Shown here piece after piece: positions 29,776 through 39,320 of a DNA stretch of 64,000 nt (position 1 is the stretch's first letter; each line of letters opens with the position of its first letter). The position numbers were made by a program, and so were the translations under genes. This DNA is from Minisyncoccia bacterium (lineage in GTDB: Bacteria > Patescibacteriota > Minisyncoccia > Phycocordibacterales > Phycocordibacteraceae), in NCBI GenBank assembly GCA_050011835.1, contig JBEKII010000002.1, positions 8,086-72,085 on the forward strand, written 5' to 3'. The notes beneath the pieces were generated by a model, which was given only the letters and a program-made list of their open reading frames with translations, did no database searches and was not told the DNA's origin.

Positions 29776-30474
29776 ATGACTCATACCGTACATCCGTATG
29801 CGCATCGTCTCGGTATCATTCGGGACTGGAAAAGTCGTTGGTTCGCCGGCGACAAAAAAAGCTACCGCGAAAATATTAAAGTTGACGAAACAATTCGTCG
29901 TTTCCTCGCCAAGCGCCTGCGCGGCACGTATACGAGCGGCATTGAAATTGAACGTTCGGCGAGCACGCTCCGCGTTGTCCTCGCGACTGCGCGCCCGGGA
30001 GTCGTCATCGGGCGTTCCGGCGAGAACGCGGCGAAGTTGCGCAAGGAACTTTCTGAAACGATACGCGCCGTAGCACCCGACGACCGCCGCGCGCTCAAGT
30101 TTGACATCGTAGAAATGCGCCAGCCAGAAACGAACGCATCCGTCGTCGCGTATATGGTCGCGGAAGGGCTTGAAAAGCGAATGCCGTTCCGTCGCGTGCT
30201 GAAACAGACGGTTGAAAAAGTCATCGCGGCGCGCGAAGTTGAAGGCGTGCGCATCACAATTTCTGGTCGCCTCGGCGGCGCAGAAATGAGTCGCAAGGAA
30301 GAGCTCAAAAAAGGTCGCATTCCACTCCAGACGTTCCGCGCGGATATTGACTTCGCGCAGGAGGAGGCGCACTTGCCGTATGGCGTTATCGGCATCAAGG
30401 TGTGGATTTTCCGAGGGAATGTCTATCAGGATAAGAAGACGCCCGTACGCCTCTCTGCACAGGCAGGCGGCTAA
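29776..30474 (+). CDS. rpsC: 30S ribosomal protein S3
   Basis: RPGVVIGRSG, SGRLGGAEM and PLQTFRADIDF motifs. Confidence 0.98.
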   Translation: MTHTVHPYAHRLGIIRDWKSRWFAGDKKSYRENIKVDETIRRFLAKRLRGTYTSGIEIERSASTLRVVLATARPGVVIGRSGENAAKLRKELSETIRAVAPDDRRALKFDIVEMRQPETNASVVAYMVAEGLEKRMPFRRVLKQTVEKVIAAREVEGVRITISGRLGGAEMSRKEELKKGRIPLQTFRADIDFAQEEAHLPYGVIGIKVWIFRGNVYQDKKTPVRLSAQAGG

Positions 30475-30484
30475 TATTTTATAT

Positions 30485-30907
30485 ATGTTGTTCCCCAAAA
30501 AAGTAAAACATCGCAAGTGGCAGACCGGACGCAAGAGCGAAGAGCGTCGCGCACGGCCGGATACGCGCGGCACTACTATCGTATTCGGTTCCGTAGCGCT
30601 CAAGGCGCTTTCAAGTGCACGGATGACAAGCAATCAAATAGAAGCCGCGCGCAAAGTGCTTACTCGCGCAACGACGAAAACAGGGAAGCTCTGGATACGC
30701 ATTTTCCCTGACCGTCCGGTGACCGCTAAGCCAGCTGAACTGGGCATGGGGGGAGGCAAGGGTGACCCGAAACATTATGTCTTTGAAGTGCGCCCGGGCC
30801 GCATACTCTTTGAGTATGATGGTGTGCCTAAAGATATTGCGCGCGCATATCTGCGACAGGCGGGAATGAAACTGCCAGTCAAGACATCGGTCGTTACGAG
30901 TCGTTAA
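30485..30907 (+). CDS. rplP: 50S ribosomal protein L16
   Basis: QIEAARK, WIRIFPD and MGGGKG motifs. Confidence 0.97.
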   Translation: MLFPKKVKHRKWQTGRKSEERRARPDTRGTTIVFGSVALKALSSARMTSNQIEAARKVLTRATTKTGKLWIRIFPDRPVTAKPAELGMGGGKGDPKHYVFEVRPGRILFEYDGVPKDIARAYLRQAGMKLPVKTSVVTSR

Positions 30908-30931
30908 ACTGTCCACTTCTTATTCTTTCTT

Positions 30932-31147
30932 ATGACAAAAAAAGATACGATGACGACGAAGACCGATTCGGAGCTCACAAAGCTCCTCGCTGATACGCGC
31001 GCGGCGCTACGTACCGAGCGTTTTGCCGCTGCCGGCGCACGTCCTAAGGAATCAAATGCCCCGCGGAAATTTCGCGCGACGATTGCACGTATACTTACCG
31101 AGCAATCTGCCAGAAGCAGGTCCGCCTCCGGCGGGCATGCTGCATAG
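30932..31147 (+). CDS. rpmC: 50S ribosomal protein L29
   Basis: Position between L16 and S17; RATIARILT. Confidence 0.88.
   Translation: MTKKDTMTTKTDSELTKLLADTRAALRTERFAAAGARPKESNAPRKFRATIARILTEQSARSRSASGGHAA
31106..31135 (+). repeat. Repeat family B, copy forming the L29 C-terminal tail
   Basis: TCTGCCAGAAGCAGGTCCGCCTCCGGCGGG; related copies at 34852-34881 and 45789-45818. Confidence 0.7.
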
Positions 31148-31150
31148 CAT

Positions 31151-31423
31151 ATGAAACAGAACATTTACCATCCTCAAACATTTATCGGCGTCGTTATGAA
31201 AACGGCGATGAAAGATACCGCCACGGTTCGTGTCGACCGTTATGTGAAGAATGCAAAATATAAAAAGTATTTCATACGTTCAAAAAAATATCTCGTGCAT
31301 GACCTTGGAAACACTGCAAAAGTTGGTGACACAGTTACTATTATGGCTACGCGTCCAATTTCGAAGCAGAAACATTTTAAGATCGTGTCGTCCGCAGTTC
31401 GGAGTCCGGAGTCTGGAACCTAG
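31151..31423 (+). CDS. rpsQ: 30S ribosomal protein S17
   Basis: KKYLVHD and GDTVTI..TRPISK motifs. Confidence 0.95.
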   Translation: MKQNIYHPQTFIGVVMKTAMKDTATVRVDRYVKNAKYKKYFIRSKKYLVHDLGNTAKVGDTVTIMATRPISKQKHFKIVSSAVRSPESGT

Positions 31424-31427
31424 AGTT

Positions 31428-31805
31428 ATGTTACAGCCCCGATCCATCGTAATGATTGCAGATAATTCCGGCGGCAAGGTCGCGCGGATTTTTAAAGTGC
31501 TTGGCGGTTCGCGTCGTCGGTATGCGCGCATTGGCGATATTGTCGTCATTTCCGTCCAAACCGCCGAGCCGCGCAAGGCGGTAAAAAAGAAGGATATTTA
31601 CCGCGCGGTCGTAGTGCGTCAGACCAAACCCTTTGCGCGCAGGGATGGCTCTCACATTCGTTTTGACGAGAACGCGGTTGTGCTCATTGAAAAGCAGGGG
31701 AAAGAAATGGTCCCAAAAGGAAATCGCATTTTCGGCCCCGTGCCGCGGGAACTCTCTGAACGCGGATGGCATTCTATCGTGTCACTTGCGCCCGAAGTCG
31801 TGTAA
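31428..31805 (+). CDS. rplN: 50S ribosomal protein L14
   Basis: ADNSG, RFDENAVV, RIFGPVPREL and SLAPEV motifs. Confidence 0.98.
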   Translation: MLQPRSIVMIADNSGGKVARIFKVLGGSRRRYARIGDIVVISVQTAEPRKAVKKKDIYRAVVVRQTKPFARRDGSHIRFDENAVVLIEKQGKEMVPKGNRIFGPVPRELSERGWHSIVSLAPEVV

Positions 31806-31814
31806 TTTTTCTAT

Positions 31815-32072
31815 ATGAAAATAAAAAAAGGAGACAAGGTGACGGTAATTTCAGGCAAGGACAAAGGGAAATCTGGCGTCGTAGTACGCGCCTTGCCCCG
31901 AGAGAATGCGGTTATTGTTGAAGGAGTTGCGCTTTATAAGCGACATTTAAAAGGTAAGGCAGGGAAGGTCGGACGCATCATTGAGCGTTCGCGGTCGATA
32001 GATGTTTCAAATGTGAAGCACGTAGAGTCCGCCGAATCCACGAAGAAAGAATCCCTTTTCAACGTAAAATAA
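31815..32072 (+). CDS. rplX: 50S ribosomal protein L24 (short)
   Basis: [21 protein letters not shown] motif; IDVSNV. Confidence 0.95.
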   Translation: MKIKKGDKVTVISGKDKGKSGVVVRALPRENAVIVEGVALYKRHLKGKAGKVGRIIERSRSIDVSNVKHVESAESTKKESLFNVK

Positions 32073-32074
32073 AT

Positions 32075-32626
32075 ATGTCCATTACCAAACAAAAACAGCA
32101 GACCGCTTATCTCGCGCTCTTAGAGACGTTTGGCTACACGAGTCCGATGCAGAGTCCGCGTATTGAGAAAGTCATTGTCTCTTCGGGCGTCGGCAAGAAA
32201 CGCGATAAAAAACAATTGGAACTCATTGAAGACCGTCTCGCGAGAATCACTGGGCAGAAACCAGCGCCGCGTGCCGCAAAAATCTCCATCGCCTCGTTTA
32301 AGGTACGCGCAGGCGATACAGTTGGCCTCCAAGTAACGCTACGCGGCGCGCGCATGTTTGATTTCTTGGACAAGCTTATTCATATCGCGCTCCCTCGCAC
32401 ACGCGACTTTCGCGGTGTCCCTGCAAAAGCAATTGACGATATGGGGAATCTCACTATCGGTATCCGCGAGCACACCATTTTCCCCGAGACATCCGATGAA
32501 GATTTGAAAGATGTGTTCGGCCTTGCGATCACTATCGTCACCACGGCGAAAACCCACGTCGAAGCCGAGGCGTTCTTCCGTCATATCGGCATGCCGCTTA
32601 TCGTTGACTCAGGCGTAAAACATTGA
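32075..32626 (+). CDS. rplE: 50S ribosomal protein L5
   Basis: ITGQKP, VTLRG and LPRTRDFRG motifs. Confidence 0.97.
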   Translation: MSITKQKQQTAYLALLETFGYTSPMQSPRIEKVIVSSGVGKKRDKKQLELIEDRLARITGQKPAPRAAKISIASFKVRAGDTVGLQVTLRGARMFDFLDKLIHIALPRTRDFRGVPAKAIDDMGNLTIGIREHTIFPETSDEDLKDVFGLAITIVTTAKTHVEAEAFFRHIGMPLIVDSGVKH

Positions 32627-32664
32627 TACTCTGGAAATACGCTCTTCGGAGCCATTATTTTTTC

Positions 32665-32934
32665 ATGGCAAAAAAATCCCAGTTAGCGAGATATGCGAAG
32701 AAGCAGAAACTCGTGAAAAAGTACGCGGCCAAGCGTGCGGCCTTGAAGCTGGCCGGCGACTCCGAAGGCCTCCAAAAACTCCCGAGAAATTCTTCACCGG
32801 TGCGGCTGAAGAATCGTTGCGCCATTACTGGCCGCTCGCGCGGCTATATGCGTACCTTCGGTCTCTCACGCATCCAGTTCAGAGAGCTCGCGCTTGAAGG
32901 GAAGATTCCGGGCGTTAAGAAAGCTTCATGGTAA
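32665..32934 (+). CDS. rpsN: 30S ribosomal protein S14 (89-aa, Zn-independent type)
   Basis: [22 protein letters not shown]...LSRIQFRE...PGVKKASW. Confidence 0.97.
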   Translation: MAKKSQLARYAKKQKLVKKYAAKRAALKLAGDSEGLQKLPRNSSPVRLKNRCAITGRSRGYMRTFGLSRIQFRELALEGKIPGVKKASW

Positions 32935-33332
32935 CTGACCGCGTCGGCGATTTCATTATTCGTCTTCAGAATGCCGCGCTCATCGGTAAGTGCGAAGTAG
33001 TGATGCCGTATTCGGCGCATCTCGTCGCCATCGCGAAAAAACTCAAAGAACTCGGTTTCGTTTCCGCGATAGAAGTGCAAACAAAAGAAGAAAATGACGT
33101 CAAAAAGACTATCGTTGTGACACTTTCCTACGACGAGCACGGGCAGGCGCGTTTGCGCGGTGTGAAGCGCGTCAGCAAGCCCGGTCGACGGCTCTACGCT
33201 CCGCATACTGCCGCGCATCGGGTAAAAGGCGGCACAGGTGCGCGCATTTTGTCGTCCTCGTTCGGCATCATCTCGGATGCAGAAGCACGCCAGAAACGGG
33301 TCGGCGGCGAAGAGCTTTTTGAAATTTGGTAG
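32928..33332 (+). CDS. rpsH: 30S ribosomal protein S8
   Basis: [10 protein letters not shown] and ILSSSFG...VGGE motifs. Confidence 0.97.
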   Translation: MVTDRVGDFIIRLQNAALIGKCEVVMPYSAHLVAIAKKLKELGFVSAIEVQTKEENDVKKTIVVTLSYDEHGQARLRGVKRVSKPGRRLYAPHTAAHRVKGGTGARILSSSFGIISDAEARQKRVGGEELFEIW

Positions 33333-33355
33333 CTCAATATAATAAATATCTCACC

Positions 33356-33886
33356 ATGAGCCGACTCGCAGGAAAACCGATAGCAGTGGGAAAGACCGAT
33401 GTCTCGGTTGCAAACGGTACGTTGACCGTGAAGGGCACGAAGGGCACGCTCACGAAGCGCATACACCCTTCTATCACGATAACAATGAATAAGGATGGTG
33501 CCATGATTGCGCCGAAAGACCGTTCCCGTCTCGCGAAGGCGCTTACGGGCACGTTCGCATCGCACGTGAGAAATATGGTACGAGGTGTTGAAACCCCATA
33601 TATAATCAAACTTATCTTGGAAGGCGTCGGCTACCGTGTTGAAGTCAAAGGGAGTGAGGTCGTCCTCACGGTCGGCTTCTCGCACACCGTTCCGCTCGCG
33701 ATACCGAAGGACGTTTCTGTGAAAACAGAGAAGAACGTCATCATGCTTGAGAGCGCGAACAAAGAATCGGTCGGACAGTTCGCGGCAAACATTCGGCGCA
33801 TAAAACCACCGGAGCCGTACCTTGGCAAGGGCATCCGCTATGAGGGCGAAGTCGTTCGTCGCAAACAGGGCAAAAAAGCCATTTAA
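33356..33886 (+). CDS. rplF: 50S ribosomal protein L6
   Basis: GVGYR, GFSH and PPEPYLGKGIRY motifs. Confidence 0.98.
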   Translation: MSRLAGKPIAVGKTDVSVANGTLTVKGTKGTLTKRIHPSITITMNKDGAMIAPKDRSRLAKALTGTFASHVRNMVRGVETPYIIKLILEGVGYRVEVKGSEVVLTVGFSHTVPLAIPKDVSVKTEKNVIMLESANKESVGQFAANIRRIKPPEPYLGKGIRYEGEVVRRKQGKKAI

Positions 33887-33892
33887 TCATCT

Positions 33893-34243
33893 ATGAACCA
33901 TAAACCTGTAACAAACAAAGAACTTCGTGAACGCCGCCACCAGCGTGTCAGGGCTATTGTGAAAGGCACGGCGTTGCGTCCGCGCCTCACCGTTTACAGG
34001 AGCAATCGTTTTGTTTCCGCGCAACTTGTTGACGATATCGCAGGGAAAACAATTGCCTCTGCACACGGACGTGAGTTCAAGGGACCACAATCAACGCAGG
34101 CGAAAGCTGTCGGCGAAGCGATTGCGAAGGCGGCCAAGACGGCCGGAATTACCTCAATTGTCTTTGACCGTGGCGGCTACCGCTACGGCGGGCAAGTGAA
34201 AACGCTCGCGGACGCGGCGCGCGAGGGCGGTCTCATTTTTTAA
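33893..34243 (+). CDS. rplR: 50S ribosomal protein L18
   Basis: RPRLTVYRSN, VFDRGGYRY and AREGGL motifs. Confidence 0.97.
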   Translation: MNHKPVTNKELRERRHQRVRAIVKGTALRPRLTVYRSNRFVSAQLVDDIAGKTIASAHGREFKGPQSTQAKAVGEAIAKAAKTAGITSIVFDRGGYRYGGQVKTLADAAREGGLIF

Positions 34244-34248
34244 ATATT

Positions 34249-34893
34249 ATGGCTGTACCGAAGGGACCGGAAATCATACAAGAAGAGGAGAGCGTTGCGC
34301 CCGAGCTTGTTGAGATTGAACCGGCGGGAACGGCAGCTACTGTGCGTGTTCCGAATGCGCGCACCGGCGGCCGCAGCTCGCGTGGGCGTGGTTCGCGCTC
34401 TGGCGGCCGCGCGCGACCGCCGCGCGAGCGCGGGGAGTTTGACCAAGTCACGATTGATGCGCGGCGCGTCGCGCGTGTGATGGCGGGCGGGCGACGCTTC
34501 AACTTTAGTTTGGTGGTTGTTATCGGCGATCGGAAGGGCCGCGTGGGCGTCGGTCTGGGGAAGGGCGCTGATACCGCGCTTGCCATAGACAAAGCGACGC
34601 GAGACGCGAAAAGGCATCTCTTTACCGTTCCGCGCACTTCTTCTCATTCAATTCCGCACAACGTCGCGGCAAAATATGCTTCTTCAATGGTTGAGATTAT
34701 CCCTTCTCCGGGTCGCGGTCTCGTTGCCGGTTCGGCAGTACGAACCGTGCTTGACCTCGCGGGCGTGACTGACGTCGTGACTAAAATTCATACGCGTTCA
34801 AAGAATAAACTCACCATTGCGCGTGCGACGGTCGCGGCCCTGAAGCAATTGTCTGCCGGAGACAAGCCCGTCTCTGGCGAGCGTTCGCAATAA
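34249..34893 (+). CDS. rpsE: 30S ribosomal protein S5
   Basis: RVMAGGRRF, VGVGLGKG and PGRGLVAG motifs. Confidence 0.97.
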   Translation: MAVPKGPEIIQEEESVAPELVEIEPAGTAATVRVPNARTGGRSSRGRGSRSGGRARPPRERGEFDQVTIDARRVARVMAGGRRFNFSLVVVIGDRKGRVGVGLGKGADTALAIDKATRDAKRHLFTVPRTSSHSIPHNVAAKYASSMVEIIPSPGRGLVAGSAVRTVLDLAGVTDVVTKIHTRSKNKLTIARATVAALKQLSAGDKPVSGERSQ

Positions 34894-34900
34894 TACTCGT

Positions 34901-35353
34901 ATGCAACTTAACTCACTTGCGCCTCGCATAAAAAATAGGAAGCCCGAACCGGTCGGACGCGGCGGGAAGCGCGGCAAAACCAGCGGCCGCGGCAATAAAG
35001 GGCAATCCTCTCGCGCAGGGCATAAAATTCGTCCGGGAATGCGCGACATTATCAAGAAACTTCCGAAACTCCGCGGTCGCGGTAAGAATCGGGCGCGTTC
35101 CGTCCGAACAAATCGCTTTGCTGTTTCTGCAGTGAATCTTTCCGCGCTTGAAGCGGCATATAAAAACGGGGAGATGGTCTCGCCCGCATCGCTTACTGCA
35201 AAAGGACTTGTGCGTCGCGCGAAGGGGCGCCCGCCCGCCGTGAAGATTCTCGGTTCAGGACCTGTCGGCAGAGCGTTTCTCATTAAGGGCTGTGCGATTT
35301 CTGTCGCCGCGCGCAAGGCGCTTCTCGCCGCCGGCGGTACTATCCATGCTTAA
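34901..35353 (+). CDS. rplO: 50S ribosomal protein L15
   Basis: GRGGKRGKTSGRGNKGQ and VKILGSG motifs. Confidence 0.95.
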   Translation: MQLNSLAPRIKNRKPEPVGRGGKRGKTSGRGNKGQSSRAGHKIRPGMRDIIKKLPKLRGRGKNRARSVRTNRFAVSAVNLSALEAAYKNGEMVSPASLTAKGLVRRAKGRPPAVKILGSGPVGRAFLIKGCAISVAARKALLAAGGTIHA

Positions 35354-36620
35354 TTCTTTTATTCGCAAGGTCAAACTTTCTTTCGGAGATTCCGAGATTC
35401 GGTTTCGTATTCTTTTCCTCATGGGCGCGCTTGCGCTCTTTCGCCTTCTCGCGGCAGTTCCGATCCCAGGAGTCGACCGCGCCGCGCTCGCGTCTTTTTT
35501 CGCCAATAATCAGTTCTTCGGTCTCTTGAACATCTTTTCGGGAGGCGGGCTCTCGCGGCTCTCGATCGTGATGCTCGGCGTGGGCCCTTACATCACTTCT
35601 TCAATCATTATGCAGCTCGGCACCATCATCTTTCCGCAGGTGAAACAGGCGTACTTTGAAGAAGGCGAAGCCGGCCGCGCCAAGTTTATTCAGTGGAGTC
35701 GTCTCTTTACTATCCCGATTGCCATCTTGCAGTCCCTTGGTTTTCTGCTTTTGCTTCAGAGCCAGGGCGTTATTGCCCATCTGGGCGCGGCGGCATTCAT
35801 CACGAATATCGCGCTCGTCGCCGCAGGGTCAATGCTCCTTATGTGGCTCGGCGAGCTTGTGACTGAATTCGGTATCGGCAACGGTGTTTCGCTCATCATT
35901 CTCGCAGGCATTCTCGCTCGCATACCTTCAGGCATCTCAGAAACTCTCTTCTCCGCTACCGCAGCGAACATCCCAACCTACCTCGTCTTTATCGTTCTCG
36001 CACTTCTTATGGTCTATGCAGTTGTTGTCGTCTCTGATGCCGAACGTTCCATACCGATTGCCTATGCGCGAGCGGTGCGCGGTGCGGCGATGTCTCAAGG
36101 TGCGGCGACGTACCTCCCGATTCGCCTCCTGCAGGCGGGCGTCATTCCGATTATTTTTGCGCTTTCACTTTTGCTCTTGCCGCAAATGGCGCTCTCAATG
36201 CTTGCAGCGGCGCATATCTCTTTCGCTTCTAGCATAGCGGTGTGGTATACAACATTTCTCTCTAATCCGTGGAAGTATGGCTCGGTTTATTTCGTTCTTG
36301 TTATCCTTTTTACCTATTTCTATACCGCGGTTACTTTTGAGCCGCATCGAGTCGCAGAAAATCTTCAAAAGACAGGAGCATTCGTCCCCGGCGTGCGCCC
36401 CGGCCGCGAAACGGAAGAATACATTCACAACATCGTGAACCGCGTTACACTTCCTGGCGCCTGTTTCCTCGGCTTCCTCGCGGTCGCGCCGTCAATCATT
36501 CAAGGCCTCACCGGCATCACGACACTTGTTCTCGGCGGCACCGCCCTCCTCATCGCTGTGCAAGTCGCCCTCGATCTCGCGCAAAAAATCGATGCACAGG
36601 TTTCCCTTCGGGAATACTGA
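35346..36620 (+). CDS. secY: Preprotein translocase subunit SecY
   Basis: LGVGPYITSSII, GIGNGVSLII, AGVIPIIFA, PGVRPG and GGTALLIAV motifs. Confidence 0.98.
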   Translation: MLNSFIRKVKLSFGDSEIRFRILFLMGALALFRLLAAVPIPGVDRAALASFFANNQFFGLLNIFSGGGLSRLSIVMLGVGPYITSSIIMQLGTIIFPQVKQAYFEEGEAGRAKFIQWSRLFTIPIAILQSLGFLLLLQSQGVIAHLGAAAFITNIALVAAGSMLLMWLGELVTEFGIGNGVSLIILAGILARIPSGISETLFSATAANIPTYLVFIVLALLMVYAVVVVSDAERSIPIAYARAVRGAAMSQGAATYLPIRLLQAGVIPIIFALSLLLLPQMALSMLAAAHISFASSIAVWYTTFLSNPWKYGSVYFVLVILFTYFYTAVTFEPHRVAENLQKTGAFVPGVRPGRETEEYIHNIVNRVTLPGACFLGFLAVAPSIIQGLTGITTLVLGGTALLIAVQVALDLAQKIDAQVSLREY

Positions 36621-36681
36621 CATTTGTATAAGGGTGGTATACTCTTCCCGGACGTATAAAAAAGGAAGGAGGGAAAAGGGG

Positions 36682-37029
36682 ATGGAAAAGAAAACGATAC
36701 TGGTTGTTGACGATTCTGTCGAAGTGGGAGAATTTCTTAAGGCGTCTCTTGAGGACTTCGGGTTTAAGGTAATTTTTTGTGAAGAAGGTGAACATGCCAT
36801 TGTATATCTCGCTGGAGCCGACGCACTCATCACCGACTTCAGGATGGGCGGAATGAGTGGGGTGGAACTGGCAAGGAAGGCGAAGCTTCAGAGAGAAAGT
36901 TTGCCGGTACTCATAATGACCGCCGGCAGTCTCGATGATATCCCGAAAGACCATCTTGCGAACAAAATAATCTCAAAGACATTTGATGTGGGTCCAATCC
37001 TCTTGTGGCTTCGGGAAGTAGCATCTTGA
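36682..37029 (+). CDS. Single-domain response regulator (receiver)
   Basis: ILVVDD, ITDFRM (phospho-Asp), MTA and ISK motifs; GGAGG SD. Confidence 0.88.
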   Translation: MEKKTILVVDDSVEVGEFLKASLEDFGFKVIFCEEGEHAIVYLAGADALITDFRMGGMSGVELARKAKLQRESLPVLIMTAGSLDDIPKDHLANKIISKTFDVGPILLWLREVAS

Positions 37030-37030
37030 C

Positions 37031-37082
37031 CCTCCGGGTTCTCGCGTACATGTGTTCGTGTCACGGGAACCCGGAGGATTTT
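37031..37082 (+). terminator. Long hairpin after the receiver gene
   Basis: CCTCCGGGTTCTCG...CGGGAACCCGGAGG followed by ATTTT. Confidence 0.6.
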
Positions 37083-37119
37083 CGTTGCGCGGGTTTCTTT
37101 TTTGGATTAAAGTAAACAA

Positions 37120-37686
37120 ATGGAACCACACACGATATTTTTTATCGGGAAGCCGGGCTGCGGGAAGGGCGATCAAGCAAAATTGCTTTCAGAGAAAACC
37201 GGCTGGCTCGTGCTTTCATCGGGAGAACTTTTCCGCAAGATTGCAGAGGGAAACACACCGGTAGGGCATAAAGTGAAGGAAGAAAATTATACTGGAATCC
37301 TACAACCATACTGGTTCGCCACCTACCTCTTTCTAAAAGAACTTTTTTCGCTCTCAAGTGATACAAGTGTCATTTTTGACGGGTTTGCTCGCAAGATTCC
37401 CGAAGCGGAACTGGTTATTGATTCGCTTCGATGGCTCGCACGACCGTTTTCTGTTTTACACCTGAAAGTATCTGATGAAGAAATCTTGCACCGTCTCGCT
37501 CTTCGAAAAGAGATTGAGGGTCGTGCCGATGACGCGTTCGTTAATAAACGTCTTGAAGAATATCGTATGCATACTGAACCAGTGATAGAAATGTTCCGCA
37601 AGGCGGGCATGCTTTTTGAAATAGATGGTGAGCGAACGCGAGAAGCGATTGCGGAAGATATTCGCAAAGTGCTTTCTATCGAATGA
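37120..37686 (+). CDS. adk: Adenylate kinase (short-LID type)
   Basis: GKPGCGKG P-loop, SSGELFR, DGFARK and GRADD motifs; secY-adk-map synteny. Confidence 0.9.
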   Translation: MEPHTIFFIGKPGCGKGDQAKLLSEKTGWLVLSSGELFRKIAEGNTPVGHKVKEENYTGILQPYWFATYLFLKELFSLSSDTSVIFDGFARKIPEAELVIDSLRWLARPFSVLHLKVSDEEILHRLALRKEIEGRADDAFVNKRLEEYRMHTEPVIEMFRKAGMLFEIDGERTREAIAEDIRKVLSIE

Positions 37687-38447
37687 TTATTACGACTGAA
37701 AAGGAGCGGGCGAATCTCATTGAAGCAGGAAAGCGCCTCGCGCACGTGCTTGCGATTCTCCGTACGAAAGTCACGCCAGGCGTGACGTCCGAAGAACTTG
37801 ATGATATGGCGGAACGGCTCATTCGCGAGAATGGCGATTCCCCGGCGTTCCTCGGCTACACGCCTGAGGGCGCGCAACGGCCGTATCCGGCAACGCTTTG
37901 CGTCTCAATAAACGATGAAGTTGTGCATGGCATTCCGAATGAATCGCCGAAAATTTTGAAAAAGGGCGATATCGTCGGACTTGATTTCGGGCTTCGGCAT
38001 GAAGGCATTATCGTTGATGCGGCTATTACCGTGCCAGTCGGGAAAGTTAATGAAAAAATGAAAAAATTGCTTCGTGCAACCGAAAATGCGCTCGCCGCAG
38101 GTATCGCACAAGCAATTCCGGGGAATCATATGGGCGATATCTCGTATGCTATTCAAAAAGAAATTGAAAACGCGGGATTCTCGGTGGTGAAATCGCTCGG
38201 CGGGCATGGCGTGGGCGACCTTGTCCACGAAGAACCATTCATTCCTAATTTCGGCCGCCCTGGCGCTGGAATATTGCTTTCCGAGGGCATGGTGCTCGCG
38301 CTTGAGCCGATATCCGCCGAGAGGAAAGGAACAGTCATTCTCGCTCCCGATGGTTATACGTATCGCACTAAAGACAGTTCACGTTCTGCCCACTTTGAAC
38401 ACACCATCTTGATTGAAAAGGGCGGAGCGCGTATTATAACCGCATAA
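37683..38447 (+). CDS. map: Methionine aminopeptidase type I
   Basis: CVSINDEVVHGIP, GHGVG..VHEEP, ALEP and SAHFEHT motifs. Confidence 0.97.
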   Translation: MIITTEKERANLIEAGKRLAHVLAILRTKVTPGVTSEELDDMAERLIRENGDSPAFLGYTPEGAQRPYPATLCVSINDEVVHGIPNESPKILKKGDIVGLDFGLRHEGIIVDAAITVPVGKVNEKMKKLLRATENALAAGIAQAIPGNHMGDISYAIQKEIENAGFSVVKSLGGHGVGDLVHEEPFIPNFGRPGAGILLSEGMVLALEPISAERKGTVILAPDGYTYRTKDSSRSAHFEHTILIEKGGARIITA

Positions 38448-38497
38448 TCACATAACCACTGTTGACGTCCGCCAGCTGACGGATTATTTTTCAAACT

Positions 38498-39082
38498 ATG
38501 GCACAAAAAAATCCAAAGGAAGAACGGACGTTTGTGATGGTAAAGCCCGACGGCGTAAAAAAGGGTCTCATTGGAGAAATTATTAAACGCTTTGAACGGC
38601 GCGATTTGAAGATTGTCGCTCTTGAAATGTTTCAACCGACCTTTGAACAAGTTGATAATCATTACCCGAGGGATGCGGCATGGATTAAGCGCCTCGGCGA
38701 AAAAACACTCTCAACCTATAAGAAGTACGAGTATGATGCGATGAAGGATTTTGGCACTACAGATCCGGAAAAGATCGGTCTGGAAATCCGAAAATGGCTT
38801 ACGGACTATTTGCTTTCGGCTCCTGTGGTGAAAATGGTAGTAGAGGGGGTACATGCGATTGATATGGTGCGAAAAATTTGCGGTTCAACGCTTCCGTATC
38901 AGGCGGAAATGGGCACTATTCGCGGGGACTTCTCAAATGATTCCCCGGCACTCGCCAATGCCGAGAAGCGCGCCGTAGCGAATATCGTCCACGGTTCTGA
39001 AACGCCTGAAGAAGCCGCACATGAAATGGAACTTTGGTTCAGGAATGGGAAAATGCAGGACTATAAGCGCCACGGCGAATAA
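38498..39082 (+). CDS. ndk: Nucleoside diphosphate kinase
   Basis: ERTFVMVKPDG, GTIRGDF and NIVHGSE motifs. Confidence 0.95.
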   Translation: MAQKNPKEERTFVMVKPDGVKKGLIGEIIKRFERRDLKIVALEMFQPTFEQVDNHYPRDAAWIKRLGEKTLSTYKKYEYDAMKDFGTTDPEKIGLEIRKWLTDYLLSAPVVKMVVEGVHAIDMVRKICGSTLPYQAEMGTIRGDFSNDSPALANAEKRAVANIVHGSETPEEAAHEMELWFRNGKMQDYKRHGE

Positions 39083-39121
39083 TAAAGGAAGCCGCTTGAC
39101 ATTAGAGGTATAATAGAAGTT

Positions 39122-39273
39122 GGAGCCGTTCTTAAAAACGCAACTTGCTATAAGTTCGGGAGCTTTGCATTGAGGCGAGCTTGGTGAATCCTCCGTCAGT
39201 TGGCGTGTGGAATCCGATAGCCGCCGTTGCTGCACCCACCTAGCAAGATAAAGTTGCTTAAGAGGATGGCTCC
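39122..39273 (+). ncRNA. ssrS: 6S RNA-like (compact, about 150 nt)
   Basis: TATAAT 7 nt upstream. 5' GGAGCCGTTCTT pairs with 3' GAGGATGGCTCC, and inner GCAACTT with AAGTTGC. GGGAGC and GCACCCACCT segments resemble Bacillota 6S RNAs. Terminator follows. Confidence 0.72.
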
Positions 39274-39308
39274 GCGAAAAACCGCTCTGCAAAGAGCAGT
39301 TTTTCGCG
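39273..39308 (+). terminator. Intrinsic terminator of the ncRNA
   Basis: CGCGAAAAACCGCTCT-GCAA-AGAGCAGTTTTTCGCG. Confidence 0.7.
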
Positions 39309-39320
39309 TACTATGAAGGA

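Noticed and set aside
20898-36954. Many long antisense or alternate-frame ORFs over the ribosomal operon (e.g. 29695-30633, 25236-25961)
   Set aside because: Shadows of conserved GC-rich genes; no recognisable motifs or initiation signals.
39096-39114. TTGACA...TATAAT as a perfect sigma70 promoter
   Set aside because: Spacer is only 7 bp, so only the -10 box is credible.
39122-39273. SRP RNA
   Set aside because: Lacks the domain IV CAGG...GNRA...AGCAG motif; 6S-like segments fit better.
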